A DNA stretch of 64,000 bases from Fimbriimonadales bacterium (GCA_041744215.1 JBGTLG010000033.1:116129-180128); one strand, 5' to 3'; shown: positions 36,763-46,830, counted from the stretch's first letter. Program-made: numbers and translations. Notes: generated by a model not told the origin, from the letters alone.

Positions 36763-37848
36763 ATGATCGATAGTTTTCCCATCCGGAAAGTCGACCACTT
36801 GAAGTTCTATTGCGGGAACGCCAAGCAGTCAGCTTACTGGTACCACAAAATCTACGGATTTGATATCAGCGCCTACACAGGTCTAGAGACCGGAAACAAA
36901 GACGAAAGCGGCTACCTGCTTTCTCAGGGGGATGTCCGCCTCTACCTCGCATCGCCGCTTCGACCGGGGCACCCCGCAGGGCCGATGATTGGCGTCCACG
37001 GTGACTTCGTCCGGGATCTCGCGTTCGAGGTCGACGACGCCGACGTCGCGTTCAAGACAGCTGTTGATCGCGGAGCAGAGCCCTCGTATGAACCGATCAC
37101 TCTCGAAGACTCGTTCGGAAAGGTGCGAATGGCAGCCATCAAAACGTATGGCGACGTCATTCACTCATTCGTGAACCGCGATCAATTCAGCGGTCCGTTT
37201 CTCCCGCACTTCCAGCCGAAGAACGTGAAAGGCGATGCGATTGGATTGGAATATGTTGATCACGTAGTCGGCAACGTCGAACTCAACCAAATGAACTATT
37301 GGGTGAAGTGGTATGAAGACGTGCTCGGGTTCTCGCTCCTGGCGACGTTTGACGACAAAGACATCAGCACCGACTACACCGCGCTTATGTCCAAAGTGAT
37401 GCAGAGCGGCAACGGCCGTGTGAAGATGCCGATCAACGAACCCGCAGAAGGAAAGAAGAAGAGCCAAATCGACGAATACTTGGAGTTCCACGGCGGCCCA
37501 GGAGTGCAGCACATCGCTCTGCACACGCAAGACCTCCCGGAGACGATTCGCCAACTCCGCGCGCGCGGATTGGAGTTTCTGCAAGTGCCGATTACCTACT
37601 ACGATACCGTCATCGAGCGAGTCGGAAAGATCGACAACACACTCGATGAACTGTCCGAACTCGGCATCTTAGTCGATCGAGACGACGAGGGATATTTGCT
37701 ACAGCTCTTCACAAAGCCAGTTGAAGACCGGCCCACGCTATTCTTCGAGTTTATCGAACGGAACGGCGCGAAGTCGTTCGGCAAAGGCAACTTCAAAGCA
37801 CTGTTCGAAGCGATCGAGCGCGAGCAATCGCTGCGAGGAACGCTCTAA
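36763..37848 (+). CDS. hppD: 4-hydroxyphenylpyruvate dioxygenase
   Basis: DHVVGN, PINEP, SQIDEYL, GVQHIAL, LLQLFT, FGKGNFKALFEAIE. Confidence 0.97.
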   Translation: MIDSFPIRKVDHLKFYCGNAKQSAYWYHKIYGFDISAYTGLETGNKDESGYLLSQGDVRLYLASPLRPGHPAGPMIGVHGDFVRDLAFEVDDADVAFKTAVDRGAEPSYEPITLEDSFGKVRMAAIKTYGDVIHSFVNRDQFSGPFLPHFQPKNVKGDAIGLEYVDHVVGNVELNQMNYWVKWYEDVLGFSLLATFDDKDISTDYTALMSKVMQSGNGRVKMPINEPAEGKKKSQIDEYLEFHGGPGVQHIALHTQDLPETIRQLRARGLEFLQVPITYYDTVIERVGKIDNTLDELSELGILVDRDDEGYLLQLFTKPVEDRPTLFFEFIERNGAKSFGKGNFKALFEAIEREQSLRGTL

Positions 37849-37909
37849 GCGTGTTGTTGCGCCAGCTGGAGCGCCGTCACGCACGGCGCTCAACTCTTTT
37901 GGTGCGCTC

Positions 37910-38740
37910 ATGAAGCTCTGTCGCTTCCGCGTGCACGACGACCCGACCGCCAGATCCGGAATTTTCCATGACGGACACTTTTATGAGACGGACGGGCACC
38001 AGCCGATCGGCGTCTACAAAGCCGATGACATCACGCTTCTCGCTCCGATTGCTCATCCTCCGACAATCCGCGACTTTATGTCTTTCGAGCAGCACGTTTT
38101 GAACACGCGGCGCAAATACGGACGCGACGGGGTGCAGAAAGAATGGTATGAAGCACCCGCCTACTTCTACTTGAATCCCGTGACGCTGCTTGGGCCCGAA
38201 GACCCTGTCGAAAAGCCCGCCTTCACCGATGAATTTGATTTCGAACTGGAAGTTGCCGCCGTCATCGGAGATACAGGTCGAGACATCGAAGTGGAAGAAG
38301 CGGATTCGTTCATCCTCGGCTTCACGATACTCAATGACTGGACATCGCGAGATGTGCAGCGTCGCGAGGCAAAGACCGGTCTGGGATATGCAAAGAGCAA
38401 AGACACTGCAACGACGATTGGGCCATACCTTGTGACGCCCGACGAGCTGGAAGGACGAATCGTCGCTCGCGATCGTGGCGCACAATACAACTTGGAGATG
38501 AAGGTGTTCCTCAATGGCGAGTTGATGGGCGGCGGAAACATGCGCGACATGCATTGGACGTTTGCGCAGATGATTTCGCAGGCGTCGAAGGGCTCAAGGC
38601 TTGCGGTTGGAGACGTGATTGCCAGCGGCACGGTTGGCACGGGCAGCCTGCTCGAACACGAGCGCGGTTACCTAAAGCCGGGAGATGAAGTCGTCATGCA
38701 AGTCGAGCGCTTGGGCGAGTTGCGATCAAAGATCATCTAA
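37910..38740 (+). CDS. Fumarylacetoacetate hydrolase family protein
   Basis: RDFMSFEQH, DFELE, NDWTSRD, SKD, SGTVG. True start ATG 37910. Confidence 0.92.
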   Translation: MKLCRFRVHDDPTARSGIFHDGHFYETDGHQPIGVYKADDITLLAPIAHPPTIRDFMSFEQHVLNTRRKYGRDGVQKEWYEAPAYFYLNPVTLLGPEDPVEKPAFTDEFDFELEVAAVIGDTGRDIEVEEADSFILGFTILNDWTSRDVQRREAKTGLGYAKSKDTATTIGPYLVTPDELEGRIVARDRGAQYNLEMKVFLNGELMGGGNMRDMHWTFAQMISQASKGSRLAVGDVIASGTVGTGSLLEHERGYLKPGDEVVMQVERLGELRSKII

Positions 38741-40845
38741 CGAGGGAAATCCCAAACAGGCAGGTCATTGATCAATTCTTTTGCGGATGCAGATACTGGC
38801 ACTCCCCAAGCGTCAAAGAACGGGCCCAGATTCTTTCCAACGGCGCGAGAAAATCGAACCATCCACTGATCGCGCTTCTCATCGTCGTTGCGCGGTCGCT
38901 CCGGTGGGGTCAAAGTTCTGTACTCTGCGAACACCTTCTTGTATGCTTCCCAACCGAAAGCTTGCTGCAGTTGAACGTACATAGCGAGAGCGAGAAACGG
39001 ATCCGCTTTCCACTTAGCGAATGATGCTCCGGCATCACGGTGCTTTCGGAATGTGTCGAGCAGCTGTTCGTCTGTCCATCGAACATGGTATCCCGGAACA
39101 CGCCCAACGACAGTTTCAATGATGTAGAGCGTGAAGAGGTTGACGGTGACTTCGCCTGTACCGCCAAAAGTCCAATCGGGATGCTGATGGTTGTGGCCGA
39201 TCTCATGAAACATGCCCCAATCGCCGCCCTTGCTCTTGTCCGTTAGAAACTTAAGATCAACAAATCGCGGCGCTGCATCGAGATGGGTCATTATCGGATA
39301 GCCCGCGTGCATATACCCTGCGCTTATCTGAACGTCGGTGACATAGCGCTCCGCGCTGCTTCGCTCGCGTGGCACGGTCGCTAAATCAGCGCAAGCGTCG
39401 GCCACGCGATCCCAAAAGTCCATGAGCGAGGACGGGTCACCGAGTTCTCGAATGAAACTCGACGGTACAGTCAGAATGACCTTCGAAGATTCAAGCTCTG
39501 CCCACGGCGCGGAGAGATTGCGAATTGTCGACACCCATTCCTCGTCCGTTGTCTTTCCGTGGATGTAATGAGGCGCTTCGACGGCGCCTTCGATTCGCAC
39601 TTCAATCGTCGATGCGCGAGCGTTCTGCGGTACTTCCACATAAACCAGCCCGCCGAACGCGCTCGCAAGCGAAAACTGAGTTTCTCGAACAGGTACGGAG
39701 ACCGCAATCTCCGGCGCGCGCTTCCATTCGTTTAGGTGCCAAAGCGTGTCGCTGTGCGCACCAATCCTAACTCGCAAGCTCGCTTCGATCGCTGCGCTTG
39801 TCGTGCGGATCTGGAGCGGCTTGCCTGGCAGTGCGTAGAGCCCCGTGCTGTGCCACCGCGTTCGCGAGGTGTCGACGCGAAACGTCTTAACGACCGAGAC
39901 TGCGCTTGATGCGGGTACTCCCGGGAAGTCCGCCGCTGCAGGATGTGCCGTTATCTCAGAAGGGCCCAGGCTTCGAAGCTGCGTCAGCTGCAACGATAGC
40001 GATACGCGGGGACCTACGTCTTGAACTCGTATGGGGTTTTGCTGGGTTGGAACAGCAGCCTGCGAGGACGAGAGAGCGCGTTCAAGTCGAATGATGAAAT
40101 CGTGGTTGCGACTTAGGGTCGCAGTTGCGCGCGTAAGTGTTTGCCCTGCTTGTCCGGTAGCCTGCCCAGAAACAACGGCATCAAGCGCTCTCAAGGCGTG
40201 AGCGGTCGCGTGGCCAGGCTGTGCAAGATAGCCTGCCGGTGCGTTGCGCTCAAGGTATCCGTCTGCCCAAACGATTCCCATTTTCTCGGTGATGACGTTG
40301 CCCGGGTGCTCGGCAAGCGTCTTCCCCGGATTCAACTGTAACCATCCCCAGCCGAGATTTGCGATCATCAGCCCTCCGCCGTTCTCAACAAACCTCTGGA
40401 TCGACTGCGCGTGGAGAGCCGCGCTGTTCGCGGGATCAATAATCAGAAGAGAAAGTCCGTCAAGCGCGCCGAGGTCAGATTCCGAAAGGGGTCTTGACTC
40501 AATGCCCTCAGATTGCAATAGCTTCGACATATCGCCTGCGCGGTGCAAGCCAACCACACCGCTTCCGCCTCGCGCCCAGTTAATCGCGTTTCGCATGAAT
40601 CGCCCCGTTTGTCCCTCGGCGAACATCGCTTCTCCAAAGTACCCGCCGTGTCCAAACACAACGACTTTTCCTTGACCATACTCCGCAGTCGCGATTACCG
40701 GCTCCACAAACTGAGACAGCTTTGCAGCAACAACGACCTGCGCTCTTTCGCCAAAGACCACGAGCGGCCCAGGGATCCCAGGCGCGCCAATTTCGGAGAC
40801 GCCGACAAGCAGCGGAGACGAAAGAGCAGCTAACGCAAGAACCAT
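38737..40845 (-). CDS. M60 family (TCAF/enhancin-like) metallopeptidase
   Basis: WHSTGLYA, MHAGYP, WGMFHEIGHNHQ, GEVTVN. Confidence 0.93.
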   Translation of the reverse strand: MVLALAALSSPLLVGVSEIGAPGIPGPLVVFGERAQVVVAAKLSQFVEPVIATAEYGQGKVVVFGHGGYFGEAMFAEGQTGRFMRNAINWARGGSGVVGLHRAGDMSKLLQSEGIESRPLSESDLGALDGLSLLIIDPANSAALHAQSIQRFVENGGGLMIANLGWGWLQLNPGKTLAEHPGNVITEKMGIVWADGYLERNAPAGYLAQPGHATAHALRALDAVVSGQATGQAGQTLTRATATLSRNHDFIIRLERALSSSQAAVPTQQNPIRVQDVGPRVSLSLQLTQLRSLGPSEITAHPAAADFPGVPASSAVSVVKTFRVDTSRTRWHSTGLYALPGKPLQIRTTSAAIEASLRVRIGAHSDTLWHLNEWKRAPEIAVSVPVRETQFSLASAFGGLVYVEVPQNARASTIEVRIEGAVEAPHYIHGKTTDEEWVSTIRNLSAPWAELESSKVILTVPSSFIRELGDPSSLMDFWDRVADACADLATVPRERSSAERYVTDVQISAGYMHAGYPIMTHLDAAPRFVDLKFLTDKSKGGDWGMFHEIGHNHQHPDWTFGGTGEVTVNLFTLYIIETVVGRVPGYHVRWTDEQLLDTFRKHRDAGASFAKWKADPFLALAMYVQLQQAFGWEAYKKVFAEYRTLTPPERPRNDDEKRDQWMVRFSRAVGKNLGPFFDAWGVPVSASAKELINDLPVWDFPR

Positions 40846-40885
40846 CTTTCCATCTTACCGGCGCGAACCTGTCAAACTGCGCGCG

Positions 40886-42124
40886 ATGACAACCGGTGTT
40901 CACAAGTTCATTCTCCCTAACGGGGTCCGCGTAGTCTGCGAACCGATTTCCTACGTGCAGTCGGCGGCGATTGGGGTTTGGTGTCAAACGGGAAGCCGCA
41001 TGGAGTTAGAGGCAGAGGCCGGGATCAGCCATCTGATCGAGCATATGCTCTTCAAAGGGACCGACCGGCGAACTGCCGAGCAGATCGCTCAGGATATCGA
41101 GGGACGCGGGGGATCAATGAATGCGTTCACCGATCGGGAAATGACGTGCTATTACGCGCGGGTACTCGCAGACGATGTCGAAAATGCACTGGATGTGTTG
41201 AGCGACATGTACGTCAACTCACGTCTCGCACCCGACGACTTGGAACTCGAGAAGTCGGTTGTCCAAGAGGAGATTCGCAAATACGAGGATTCGCCGGAAG
41301 ACCATATTCACGATTTACACTCGAGGATGCGCTGGGGCAATCACCCACTCGGCAGACCGATCATCGGGACTCTCGAATCCGTCGGCGGGTTTGCCCGCGA
41401 TGATTTGACAAACTATATGTCGCGGCGATATGTGGGCGGAAAGACAATCGTATCCGTTGCGGGAAATGTCGATCCAAACCTCGTGCGAGATCTATCAGAG
41501 AAGTTCCTGGATCCGCTTGCGAATGATTTTGATTTGCCCACCGAGCCACCTCCAGTAAGCAAGCCTGGCGAGCATCTTATGTCGAAAGATGTAGAACAAG
41601 TACACTTTTGCATCGGTGGAGACGGAGTGAATGTGTACGATGAGCGAAAGCACGCGATGCTGGTACTCGATGCAATCCTCGGGGGAAGCATGAGTAGCAG
41701 ACTGTTTCAGGAGATTCGCGAGAAGCGCGGCCTGGCCTACTCTATTGGAAGCTACACGGCGCCGTACCGAGAAGCAGGAGCATTCACGATCTACGGAGGT
41801 ACCAGCCCAAAAACCTTTGACGCAGTGCGGTCCATCGTGGCTGCAGAACTCGATAAGATCACCCAGTCGAAAGTCGGTGAGGATGAATTGGAGCGCGCCC
41901 GGAGGATGCTGAAAGGGAGTGTCGTCCTTGGGCTGGAGAGCATGAGCGCGAGAATGACCCGCATGGCAAGAAATGAGATGCTGTACAGTCGAGACATCCC
42001 TGTCGAGGAAACCCTGGCGAAGGTCGCCGCAGTGAGCGCGGAAGATGTCCAAGGGCTCGCCACGGAGCTTCTCCGACAGGAGGGGCTAACGACCACGGCG
42101 ATCGGCCCATTCAAAGGTCAATGA
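40886..42124 (+). CDS. M16 (pitrilysin-family) zinc peptidase
   Basis: HLIEHMLFKGT, NAFT, SSRLFQEIREKRGLAYS. Confidence 0.95.
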   Translation: MTTGVHKFILPNGVRVVCEPISYVQSAAIGVWCQTGSRMELEAEAGISHLIEHMLFKGTDRRTAEQIAQDIEGRGGSMNAFTDREMTCYYARVLADDVENALDVLSDMYVNSRLAPDDLELEKSVVQEEIRKYEDSPEDHIHDLHSRMRWGNHPLGRPIIGTLESVGGFARDDLTNYMSRRYVGGKTIVSVAGNVDPNLVRDLSEKFLDPLANDFDLPTEPPPVSKPGEHLMSKDVEQVHFCIGGDGVNVYDERKHAMLVLDAILGGSMSSRLFQEIREKRGLAYSIGSYTAPYREAGAFTIYGGTSPKTFDAVRSIVAAELDKITQSKVGEDELERARRMLKGSVVLGLESMSARMTRMARNEMLYSRDIPVEETLAKVAAVSAEDVQGLATELLRQEGLTTTAIGPFKGQ

Positions 42125-42227
42125 GGCTTTTTCGCTCGGACTGGCCGGGGCGGGCGGAAATGGGAGTAATATCCGGCAAATCAAGCGGCTAAAAGGATGC
42201 CTGAGGCGTCCTAAGGAAGGAATCACG

Positions 42228-42761
42228 TTGCAACAAGATTCATCAGCGGAAAAGCGACTGTTAGACGCTCTGGCGAACGGTGACGCGGCCGCGATTGGGG
42301 CCATTTACGAACTCTACGGAGAGCGGATTTTCCGCTACACGTTCCGAATGCTCAACAATCGCGCCGATGCCGAGGACGCTACGTCTGAGACTTTCCTGCG
42401 AGTGCTGCGGCGCTCGCGGGATCTTCGCGCCGATGGGGCATTTCGAACGTGGCTGTTCCGGATAGCCAGAAACCTGTGCATTGACAAACTTCGGCAACCT
42501 ATGCTGCTGGAACTGCCCGTGGACGCCACAGTCGGGTCGGGTGAGGACAAGGCCGCGCTGAGGATTGCGGTTCGGCAAGCTCTGAGCGATTTGCCGACGG
42601 ACTACCGAGATCCGCTCATTCTGTGCGACCTTGAAGACATTTCGGCTCGGGAAGCCGCTGAGATACTGAACATTTCGGTCCCGGCCCTGAAGTCGCGACT
42701 CTATCGCGGTCGGCGCGCGCTGAGAGACAAACTCGGCGCATCTTTGGAGAAAGCTTTATGA
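42228..42761 (+). CDS. ECF sigma-70 factor
   Basis: DAEDATSE, FRTWLFRIARN, EAAEILNIS..KSRLYRGR. Confidence 0.92.
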   Translation: MQQDSSAEKRLLDALANGDAAAIGAIYELYGERIFRYTFRMLNNRADAEDATSETFLRVLRRSRDLRADGAFRTWLFRIARNLCIDKLRQPMLLELPVDATVGSGEDKAALRIAVRQALSDLPTDYRDPLILCDLEDISAREAAEILNISVPALKSRLYRGRRALRDKLGASLEKAL

Positions 42762-43057
42762 ATGTGAATGATGCAAGAAAACTAATCGACCTCTTTTTGG
42801 ACGATGAGCTTCCGGCAGAGTTGGCGTCGGAATTCAAACAGGCGATGTTTGATAGCCCTGAACTCAGGTCCGAAGTCGCGTCGCTGCGCCAATCAAGAGA
42901 AGCTCTGTGGCTCGCGTACGACGGCGACTGGATGACCGAGGACGAGAGATGCAGGGTGCTGTGCCGAATTCTTGGTGAGGCCGCCATCTCCCAGGGTGAA
43001 ACCGCATACGATCCCGCCCCTGCCCAGCTCCAATTACCACTTAGAAAGGAGGCGTAG
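42758..43057 (+). CDS. Putative small anti-sigma factor
   Basis: ATGA-coupled to the sigma gene. ARKLIDLFLDDEL resembles the first helix of anti-sigma domains; no HxxxCxxC. Confidence 0.6.
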   Translation: MNVNDARKLIDLFLDDELPAELASEFKQAMFDSPELRSEVASLRQSREALWLAYDGDWMTEDERCRVLCRILGEAAISQGETAYDPAPAQLQLPLRKEA

Positions 43058-43060
43058 CCC

Positions 43061-44167
43061 GTGACGCTCAATTGTCCACGTAGAGATCTGCTCGATGCCG
43101 TCCAGCTGGCTGGCGTTGCGTCGGGTGGCCGAACAACGAATCTGCCCGTCTTTTCCTCGCTCCTGTTTGAGGCCATGGATGGCCGAGTGCGAATCGTCGG
43201 TTGTGACGGTGAGATGTGGGTCGAGCGGAAAATGCCCGCGCAAATATCCGAAGACGGTTCGCTTGCGGTGGGCGCCCGGCTGTTCACAGACATCCTGAGT
43301 TCTTTGCCGGAAGGCGACGTTCGAGTCGAGCAGCCTAACGGCACTTCACTGCGGCTATCCCTCGCAGCGAGCGAGTACCGAGTCGTCGGCATGACGCCGG
43401 AAGACTTCCCGGAGATACCGACTGTCGCAGCGGAAACGACGCTGAAGATGAAAGCTTCAGATTTTGTGAAGATGGTCGATTCGGTGGACTTTGCGGTTGC
43501 GAAAGAGAGCCACGGTCGCCCCTATCTAACCGGAGTCTTGTTCAAATACGATGGCGAAACGCTCCAGGTAGTCGCGACGGATACGCACAGATTAGCCATA
43601 CGCACAGAGCCTTTTCCTGCGCTGGGACCTCCCGTACAAGCGATCGTGCCGGAGCGAACGATTGGCGTGATCCGCCGGCTGCCCATCCCGCCCGAAGGCG
43701 AGTTGACTCTCACTTTCGGCGGCAACCGCCTCATGGTCGAAGCAGATGGCGCGCGCGTCGTCACACAACTCTTGGCTGGCGATTACGTTCCCTATGATCG
43801 AGTCATCCCCAATTCACACACTCGGTCCTGGATGATGGATCGCGAATCGTTTGCCGCCTGCTTGAAGCGATCTGGCGTTTTGGCAAAGGACAACGCAATG
43901 CGCGTCGTGCTCAGCGCGAAGGGTGGAGTCGTGACGTTCTCGACCCGCAGCGAAGGAATCGGCGAAGGCAAAGACGAGATGGAAATCATTCAAGAAGGGG
44001 ACGACTTGGAAATCGCTTTCAACGGCGGCTTCTTGTTGCAAGCTCTTGCTCCGATTGAAAGCGACGGAGTTCTCTTACAGCTTACAGAAAACGATCGCTC
44101 AGCAGTCATAAGACCGAGCGAAGCGGGCAGCGGCTACTTGTGCGTTGTCATGCCGATGGCGCTCTAA
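43061..44167 (+). CDS. dnaN: DNA polymerase III beta clamp
   Basis: PEDFP, RPYLTGV, VATDTHRL, IAFN, VVMPM; 368 aa. Confidence 0.95.
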   Translation: MTLNCPRRDLLDAVQLAGVASGGRTTNLPVFSSLLFEAMDGRVRIVGCDGEMWVERKMPAQISEDGSLAVGARLFTDILSSLPEGDVRVEQPNGTSLRLSLAASEYRVVGMTPEDFPEIPTVAAETTLKMKASDFVKMVDSVDFAVAKESHGRPYLTGVLFKYDGETLQVVATDTHRLAIRTEPFPALGPPVQAIVPERTIGVIRRLPIPPEGELTLTFGGNRLMVEADGARVVTQLLAGDYVPYDRVIPNSHTRSWMMDRESFAACLKRSGVLAKDNAMRVVLSAKGGVVTFSTRSEGIGEGKDEMEIIQEGDDLEIAFNGGFLLQALAPIESDGVLLQLTENDRSAVIRPSEAGSGYLCVVMPMAL

Positions 44168-44190
44168 GCGAGTAGGCTTCATCTAAAGGA

Positions 44191-44225
44191 AAGCTGGATG
44201 CAGTGAAACTATCTGCATCCAGCTT
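44191..44225. terminator. Hairpin between convergent genes
   Basis: AAGCTGGATGCAG / CTGCATCCAGCTT 13-bp inverted repeat. Confidence 0.65.
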
Positions 44226-44245
44226 CTTGTTATCCGCCGACTTCT

Positions 44246-44569
44246 TTATTCGTTGGATTTCGCTTCTTCGGGTTTCTTCTCTTCTGTTTTCTTTCCGTCA
44301 GCCGTCGCTGCCATCGCCTTGTCCGCGCAGCCACAATCGGTGCAATACATCTTGCTGCCGATTTCTTTCATGTCTTCCTTCTTATGATCCATGCTGCACG
44401 TTTCGCAAGCGAGCAACGCAGCCTGAGTCGTTTCGGTCTCGGTGTTGGGTGCGGCCGACTGCTTTCCTTCGGTAGTAGTCGGAGTGTCCGCGGGAGCATC
44501 CTCCTCGGCATTGCAGCCCACAACAAAGACAGCGGCGAAACAAGTCGCCATCACAATCCACTTAGTCAT
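44246..44569 (-). CDS. Small lipoprotein with a Cys-rich (CxxC..CxxCxC) motif
   Basis: GGAGG SD, lipobox VVGC, CETC...CTDCGC. Confidence 0.75.
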   Translation of the reverse strand: MTKWIVMATCFAAVFVVGCNAEEDAPADTPTTTEGKQSAAPNTETETTQAALLACETCSMDHKKEDMKEIGSKMYCTDCGCADKAMAATADGKKTEEKKPEEAKSNE

Positions 44570-44683
44570 ATCTGTACCTCCTGGCAAGGGTCCACCTTCA
44601 AAGGTAGCCACCCGATGCACAGTTAAGAGACGAGTCGCCGATCGGTTCCGTTGCAGCTTGGCAGGCAGCGAACGGCTGTCCGA

Positions 44684-46039
44684 TTAGATCGCGTCGGCCA
44701 ACTCGAATTCGTCGTGAAGAGTGCTTACCGCGCGCTCGCAATCCGTTTCGCTAACGAGCAGCGACACAGACAGGGGACTGTCCGTCGACTGGAGCACGTG
44801 AATGCTTGCCTTTTGCAGACATCCCATAACCTTTTCATAAATACCGGGCTGATTAAGATAGTCATGGGCGATAACCGAAACCATGGTGCAGTTTTCGGTT
44901 AGCTTTGCCGCGCACTTTCGAATCTCGCCGAACGCGGTATTGCCGGAAAGCATTCTTTCTTGCGCGGCGACTTCTGTTGAACCTGCGCGGCCAACCTGCA
45001 CGATGTAGGTGCGCGGCGATCCATCGAGCAGCGGAATAACTAGTCCGTCGAGGATCTCCTTTACATTCGGTAACTGTTTTCGTGGGACGGCAAAACCGAA
45101 GTTGTTCGGATGTACATTCAGCATGAAAAGGTTGATTCGATAATCCGCCATCAACTGATAGACCTTCGATTCGAGAACGCACTTGTCTGCGCCGAACGGC
45201 GCGTCGAACTGGAGATAAACGAGCTTTCCTGTGTGAGTGACACCGGTGACGCGCCGCCCTGGGAAGTTTGCGCGCGGCACAACTTCGGTTCCCGGCTCGT
45301 CGGTGAAGGTGCACTTCAAGTGCAGAGGGATGCCGAACTTCATCGCGATCTCGGCGGCTCGCGGATGCACGACCTTCGCGCCTTGGTGCGCGATCTCCGC
45401 GATCTCCTCGTAAGTCATTTTTCCGAGGGTCGGCGCAAACGGAACCATCGCCGGGTCGCTCGTCTTAACGCCGTCGACGTCGCTATAGATTTCGACAGCG
45501 ACCGCGCCAAGCGCGGCGCCCAGCGCGCTCGCGGTCGTATCACTTCCTCCACGGCCGAGAGTCGTGATCTCTCCATAAACTGCGTTCTCGCTCGCTTTTG
45601 ATCTGCCTTGGAAACCGCAGACGACGGGGATTTTTCCTTGTCGGAGCACCGAAAACACGCCGTCGGGCAGAACTTCGATGATGCGCGCGTTGCCGAAGGT
45701 GCTGTCGGTGACGAGGCCGGCTTGGCCGCCTGTCATAGCGCTTGCGGCGTGGCCCATGCTTTTGAGCGTCTGCGCGAAGATGCAGGTGGACATGATCTCT
45801 CCGCAGCAAAGCATTAGGTCGACTTCGCGGGCGTCGGGCTGGACCAGGGGATCGACGTCGTGGAGCAGGCTCATGAGTGTGTCGGTTGCGTAGGGCGCGC
45901 CTTGGCGGCCGATCGCGCTGACGACGACGACGGGACTGAAGCCTGCTTCTTTCGCCGAAATCACTTTGTGAGCGGCGAGCTGCCGGGACTCGGCGGTGGC
46001 GACGCTTGTGCCGCCGAACTTCAGCACTTTAATTTGCAT
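44684..46039 (-). CDS. dapG: Aspartate kinase (DapG-like)
   Basis: KFGGTSV, VVVSAIGR.G.PYATDTL, TTLGRGGSDTTA, DVDG, GAKVVHPRA. Confidence 0.92.
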   Translation of the reverse strand: MQIKVLKFGGTSVATAESRQLAAHKVISAKEAGFSPVVVVSAIGRQGAPYATDTLMSLLHDVDPLVQPDAREVDLMLCCGEIMSTCIFAQTLKSMGHAASAMTGGQAGLVTDSTFGNARIIEVLPDGVFSVLRQGKIPVVCGFQGRSKASENAVYGEITTLGRGGSDTTASALGAALGAVAVEIYSDVDGVKTSDPAMVPFAPTLGKMTYEEIAEIAHQGAKVVHPRAAEIAMKFGIPLHLKCTFTDEPGTEVVPRANFPGRRVTGVTHTGKLVYLQFDAPFGADKCVLESKVYQLMADYRINLFMLNVHPNNFGFAVPRKQLPNVKEILDGLVIPLLDGSPRTYIVQVGRAGSTEVAAQERMLSGNTAFGEIRKCAAKLTENCTMVSVIAHDYLNQPGIYEKVMGCLQKASIHVLQSTDSPLSVSLLVSETDCERAVSTLHDEFELADAI

Positions 46040-46524
46040 CAGACGGCGTCCACCTTACCGATTAATGTTTCGAGCGCTTTCGCCGCGGTTTCGGCGAGCG
46101 AGGCTTCGACGACCAGGAGGACCGACGAGTGCATATCTCCGACGCTGTCGATGTTGGCGCCGGAGCGGACGACGATTTCGGCGACTCTGGCGACGAGGCC
46201 GCTCTCGTCGCGGATGTTTGGAGCGGTCACGGTTATGATCGCTCTGTTCTTGACCGCTTTAGCTGTAAATCCCGCGGCGCAGAGGGCTTCCTCGGCTTTG
46301 GTTCCGTCGTCTTCGGGGACGAGGAAGGAGAAGCCATCGAGGGATAGCTTTAAAAAGTCGATCGAGAGGCCGGCGAGGGCGAGGCGGCGGAGCGCGAAGA
46401 GCCTCTTTTCGTCGGAATCAGCCTCGGGGATGCTGGTTACGATGACCAGGGAGTGGCCTTGGCTGACCTCGACGGATGAGATGCCTCTCTGGGTTTCGAA
46501 GGTTGTTTGGTGCTTCGCCGACAC
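46039..46524 (-). CDS. Stand-alone tandem ACT-domain protein (aspartokinase regulatory-like)
   Basis: Two ACT-like units (LALAGLSIDFL; APNIRDESGLVARV). TGATG overlap with the aspartokinase gene. Confidence 0.75.
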   Translation of the reverse strand: MSAKHQTTFETQRGISSVEVSQGHSLVIVTSIPEADSDEKRLFALRRLALAGLSIDFLKLSLDGFSFLVPEDDGTKAEEALCAAGFTAKAVKNRAIITVTAPNIRDESGLVARVAEIVVRSGANIDSVGDMHSSVLLVVEASLAETAAKALETLIGKVDAV

Positions 46525-46607
46525 GAGGCGGATTATGGCGCAGGCGGGGCGGTTCGGCCTGTGGAGCCCTCATCGTCCTGACCGTTCTGTTTTTTGGCGC
46601 TTCTTCT

Positions 46608-46830
46608 TGGTTGACGCGTTTACGGTTTTGGAGTCTCGTCTCGAGAGACTCATCGAACTCATCACGCTTATTATTGTTAACGCGTCGGTTTCTCGTTTTG
46701 TTGAACGTGGGGATTTGGGAATTTCCTGGGAATCTCCTGGGAAAGTGTGTCCCCTTGTGTCAGGTCGGTTTGGATGGCTCTTCCTGGCTTCGCCCGGCAT
46801 TAAGGTCACGGGGCGGTCCGAGGTCAACCA
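46608..46830. repeat. Dispersed ~220-bp non-coding element, copy 2
   Basis: TGGTTGAC (46608-46615) / GTCAACCA (46823-46830); core shared with 1664-1702; internal TCCTGGGAA direct repeat. Confidence 0.65.

Noticed and set aside
36763-38740. hppD plus FAH without hmgA as a novel pathway
   Set aside because: An ordinary tyrosine-catabolism pair; hmgA may lie outside the window.
46630-46660. Hammerhead-like string on the minus strand (CGATGA-GTCT-CTCG-AGAC-GAGA)
   Set aside because: The core is not CUGANGA/GAAA, stems I and III are not evident, and the stem is absent from copy 1 of the element.
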